A stretch of 64,000 bases of DNA from contig JAFQQD010000031.1 in assembly GCA_017411435.1 (NCBI GenBank), positions 99,777 to 163,776 of the forward strand. Reading direction: 5' to 3'. The position numbers and the translations under genes were made by a program. Positions 63,515 through 64,000 of this stretch are shown in pieces (position 1 is the stretch's first letter; every line of letters begins with the position of its first letter). The DNA is from Clostridia bacterium (GTDB lineage: Bacteria; Bacillota; Clostridia; UMGS1883). The notes below the pieces were generated by a model. That model did no database searches. It was not told the origin of the DNA and saw only the letters and a list, made by a program, of their open reading frames with translations.

Positions 63515-64000
63515 TTATGCAAGTTCAATTTTAAGGAAAGCCTTCTTACCCTTTTTTACGATAATTTTTCCATCCTTAAAGCTATCCTTTGTAATTACAA
63601 GGTCGATTTCTGTTACCTTTTCTCCGTCAACACTTAAACCGCCCTGCTGAATAAGTCTGCGACCTTCACCCTTGGAGGGAATGAATTTCACATTTGCAAG
63701 AAGGTCAAGAATTTTAATGCCTTCGCCTATTTCTGCTTCGCTTACCTGAGAAGAGGGCATGTTTTCTGCATCGCCTGCACCGGAGAAGATTGCTGAGGCA
63801 GTTGCCTGAGCTTTTTTAGCCTCTTCCTCGCCATGCACAAGTTTTGTCACTTCATATGCCAAAATTTCCTTAACCTTATTAAGCTGACTGCCCTCAAGTT
63901 TTTCATACTCACGGATTTCATCCATAGGAATAAATGTGAGAAGCTTAAGGCACTTGCATACATCCGCATCATCAACATTTCTCCAGTACTGATAGAATTC
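63515..64000 (-). CDS. tyrS: Tyrosine--tRNA ligase, C-terminal part. The gene continues past the window end.
   Basis: The frame is open to position 64000 (...EFYQYWRNVDDADV... upstream of the annotated Met). C-terminal S4 RNA-binding domain (RLIQQGGLSVDGEKV). Confidence 0.8.
   Translation of the reverse strand, partial: EFYQYWRNVDDADVCKCLKLLTFIPMDEIREYEKLEGSQLNKVKEILAYEVTKLVHGEEEAKKAQATASAIFSGAGDAENMPSSQVSEAEIGEGIKILDLLANVKFIPSKGEGRRLIQQGGLSVDGEKVTEIDLVITKDSFKDGKIIVKKGKKAFLKIELA

Noticed and set aside
1-64000. CRISPR arrays, tRNA genes, rRNA genes and prophage/integrase signatures.
   Set aside because: No short regularly spaced direct repeats were seen. No tRNA-like T-arm/acceptor patterns or rRNA segments were seen. 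No integrase, recombinase or transposase ORFs were seen anywhere in the window.

Overview
This 64-kb window is a chromosomal segment from a spore-forming, anaerobic Firmicute (Clostridia-like), about 90% coding. Evidence for that placement: spoIIE, sigH, an [FeFe]-hydrogenase maturase hydF, pyruvate:ferredoxin oxidoreductase (PFOR), an rnfCDGEAB operon, an SLH-domain protein together with csaB, and low GC with AGGAGG-type ribosome-binding sites (RBS). The sequence divides into six blocks. Block 1 (0.6-11.5 kb, minus strand) holds a DUF1273-like protein and a cell-shape/division cluster hydF-mgsA-minE-minD-minC-PBP2-mreD-mreC-maf, plus ppa, an rRNA m5C methyltransferase and an SH3b membrane protein. 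Block 2 (11.7-19.4 kb) holds PFOR, an unusual TetM/EF-G-like GTPase fused to a YacP/Rae1-type NYN nuclease domain, and a MATE efflux pump. Block 3 (19.6-29.1 kb) holds spoIIE, an SLH/PepSY secreted protein, tgt, RNase J and a secreted YD-repeat protein. Block 4 (29.5-43.2 kb, plus strand) is a complete arginine biosynthesis supercluster argC-argJ-argB-argD-argF-carA-carB-argG-argH, in which carB continues in frame into a diaminopimelate epimerase (DapF) domain. Block 5 (43.4-53.5 kb) holds a CofE-like protein, an XRE regulator, an S24-like peptidase, an amidohydrolase, a HIT protein, alaS, uppP, ftsK/spoIIIE, sigH and a zinc-ribbon protein. Block 6 (53.7-64 kb, minus strand) holds a P-type metal ATPase with its HMA chaperone, a CPBP protease, rnfBAEGDC, a K/E-rich membrane protein, csaB and the 3' part of tyrS. 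The most unusual item is a ~272-bp element with imperfect terminal inverted repeats and an internal bidirectional terminator. It occurs twice (1125-1397 and 22368-22639, about 97% identical), each time between convergent genes. Each copy is flanked on both sides by a direct duplication of a different, perfectly palindromic terminator hairpin (24 bp and 28 bp). I interpret this as a MITE-like (transposase-less miniature inverted-repeat) mobile element that targets, and duplicates, intrinsic terminators. Other non-coding signals: conserved leader motifs upstream of argB and argH, with a strong attenuator-like terminator before argH; ARG-box-like palindromes overlapping the -35 of the argC and argG promoters; a GC-rich REP-like (repetitive extragenic palindrome) hairpin repeat in two copies; and a heavily structured ~200-nt intergenic segment after argH. 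No rRNA, tRNA or CRISPR array was found.
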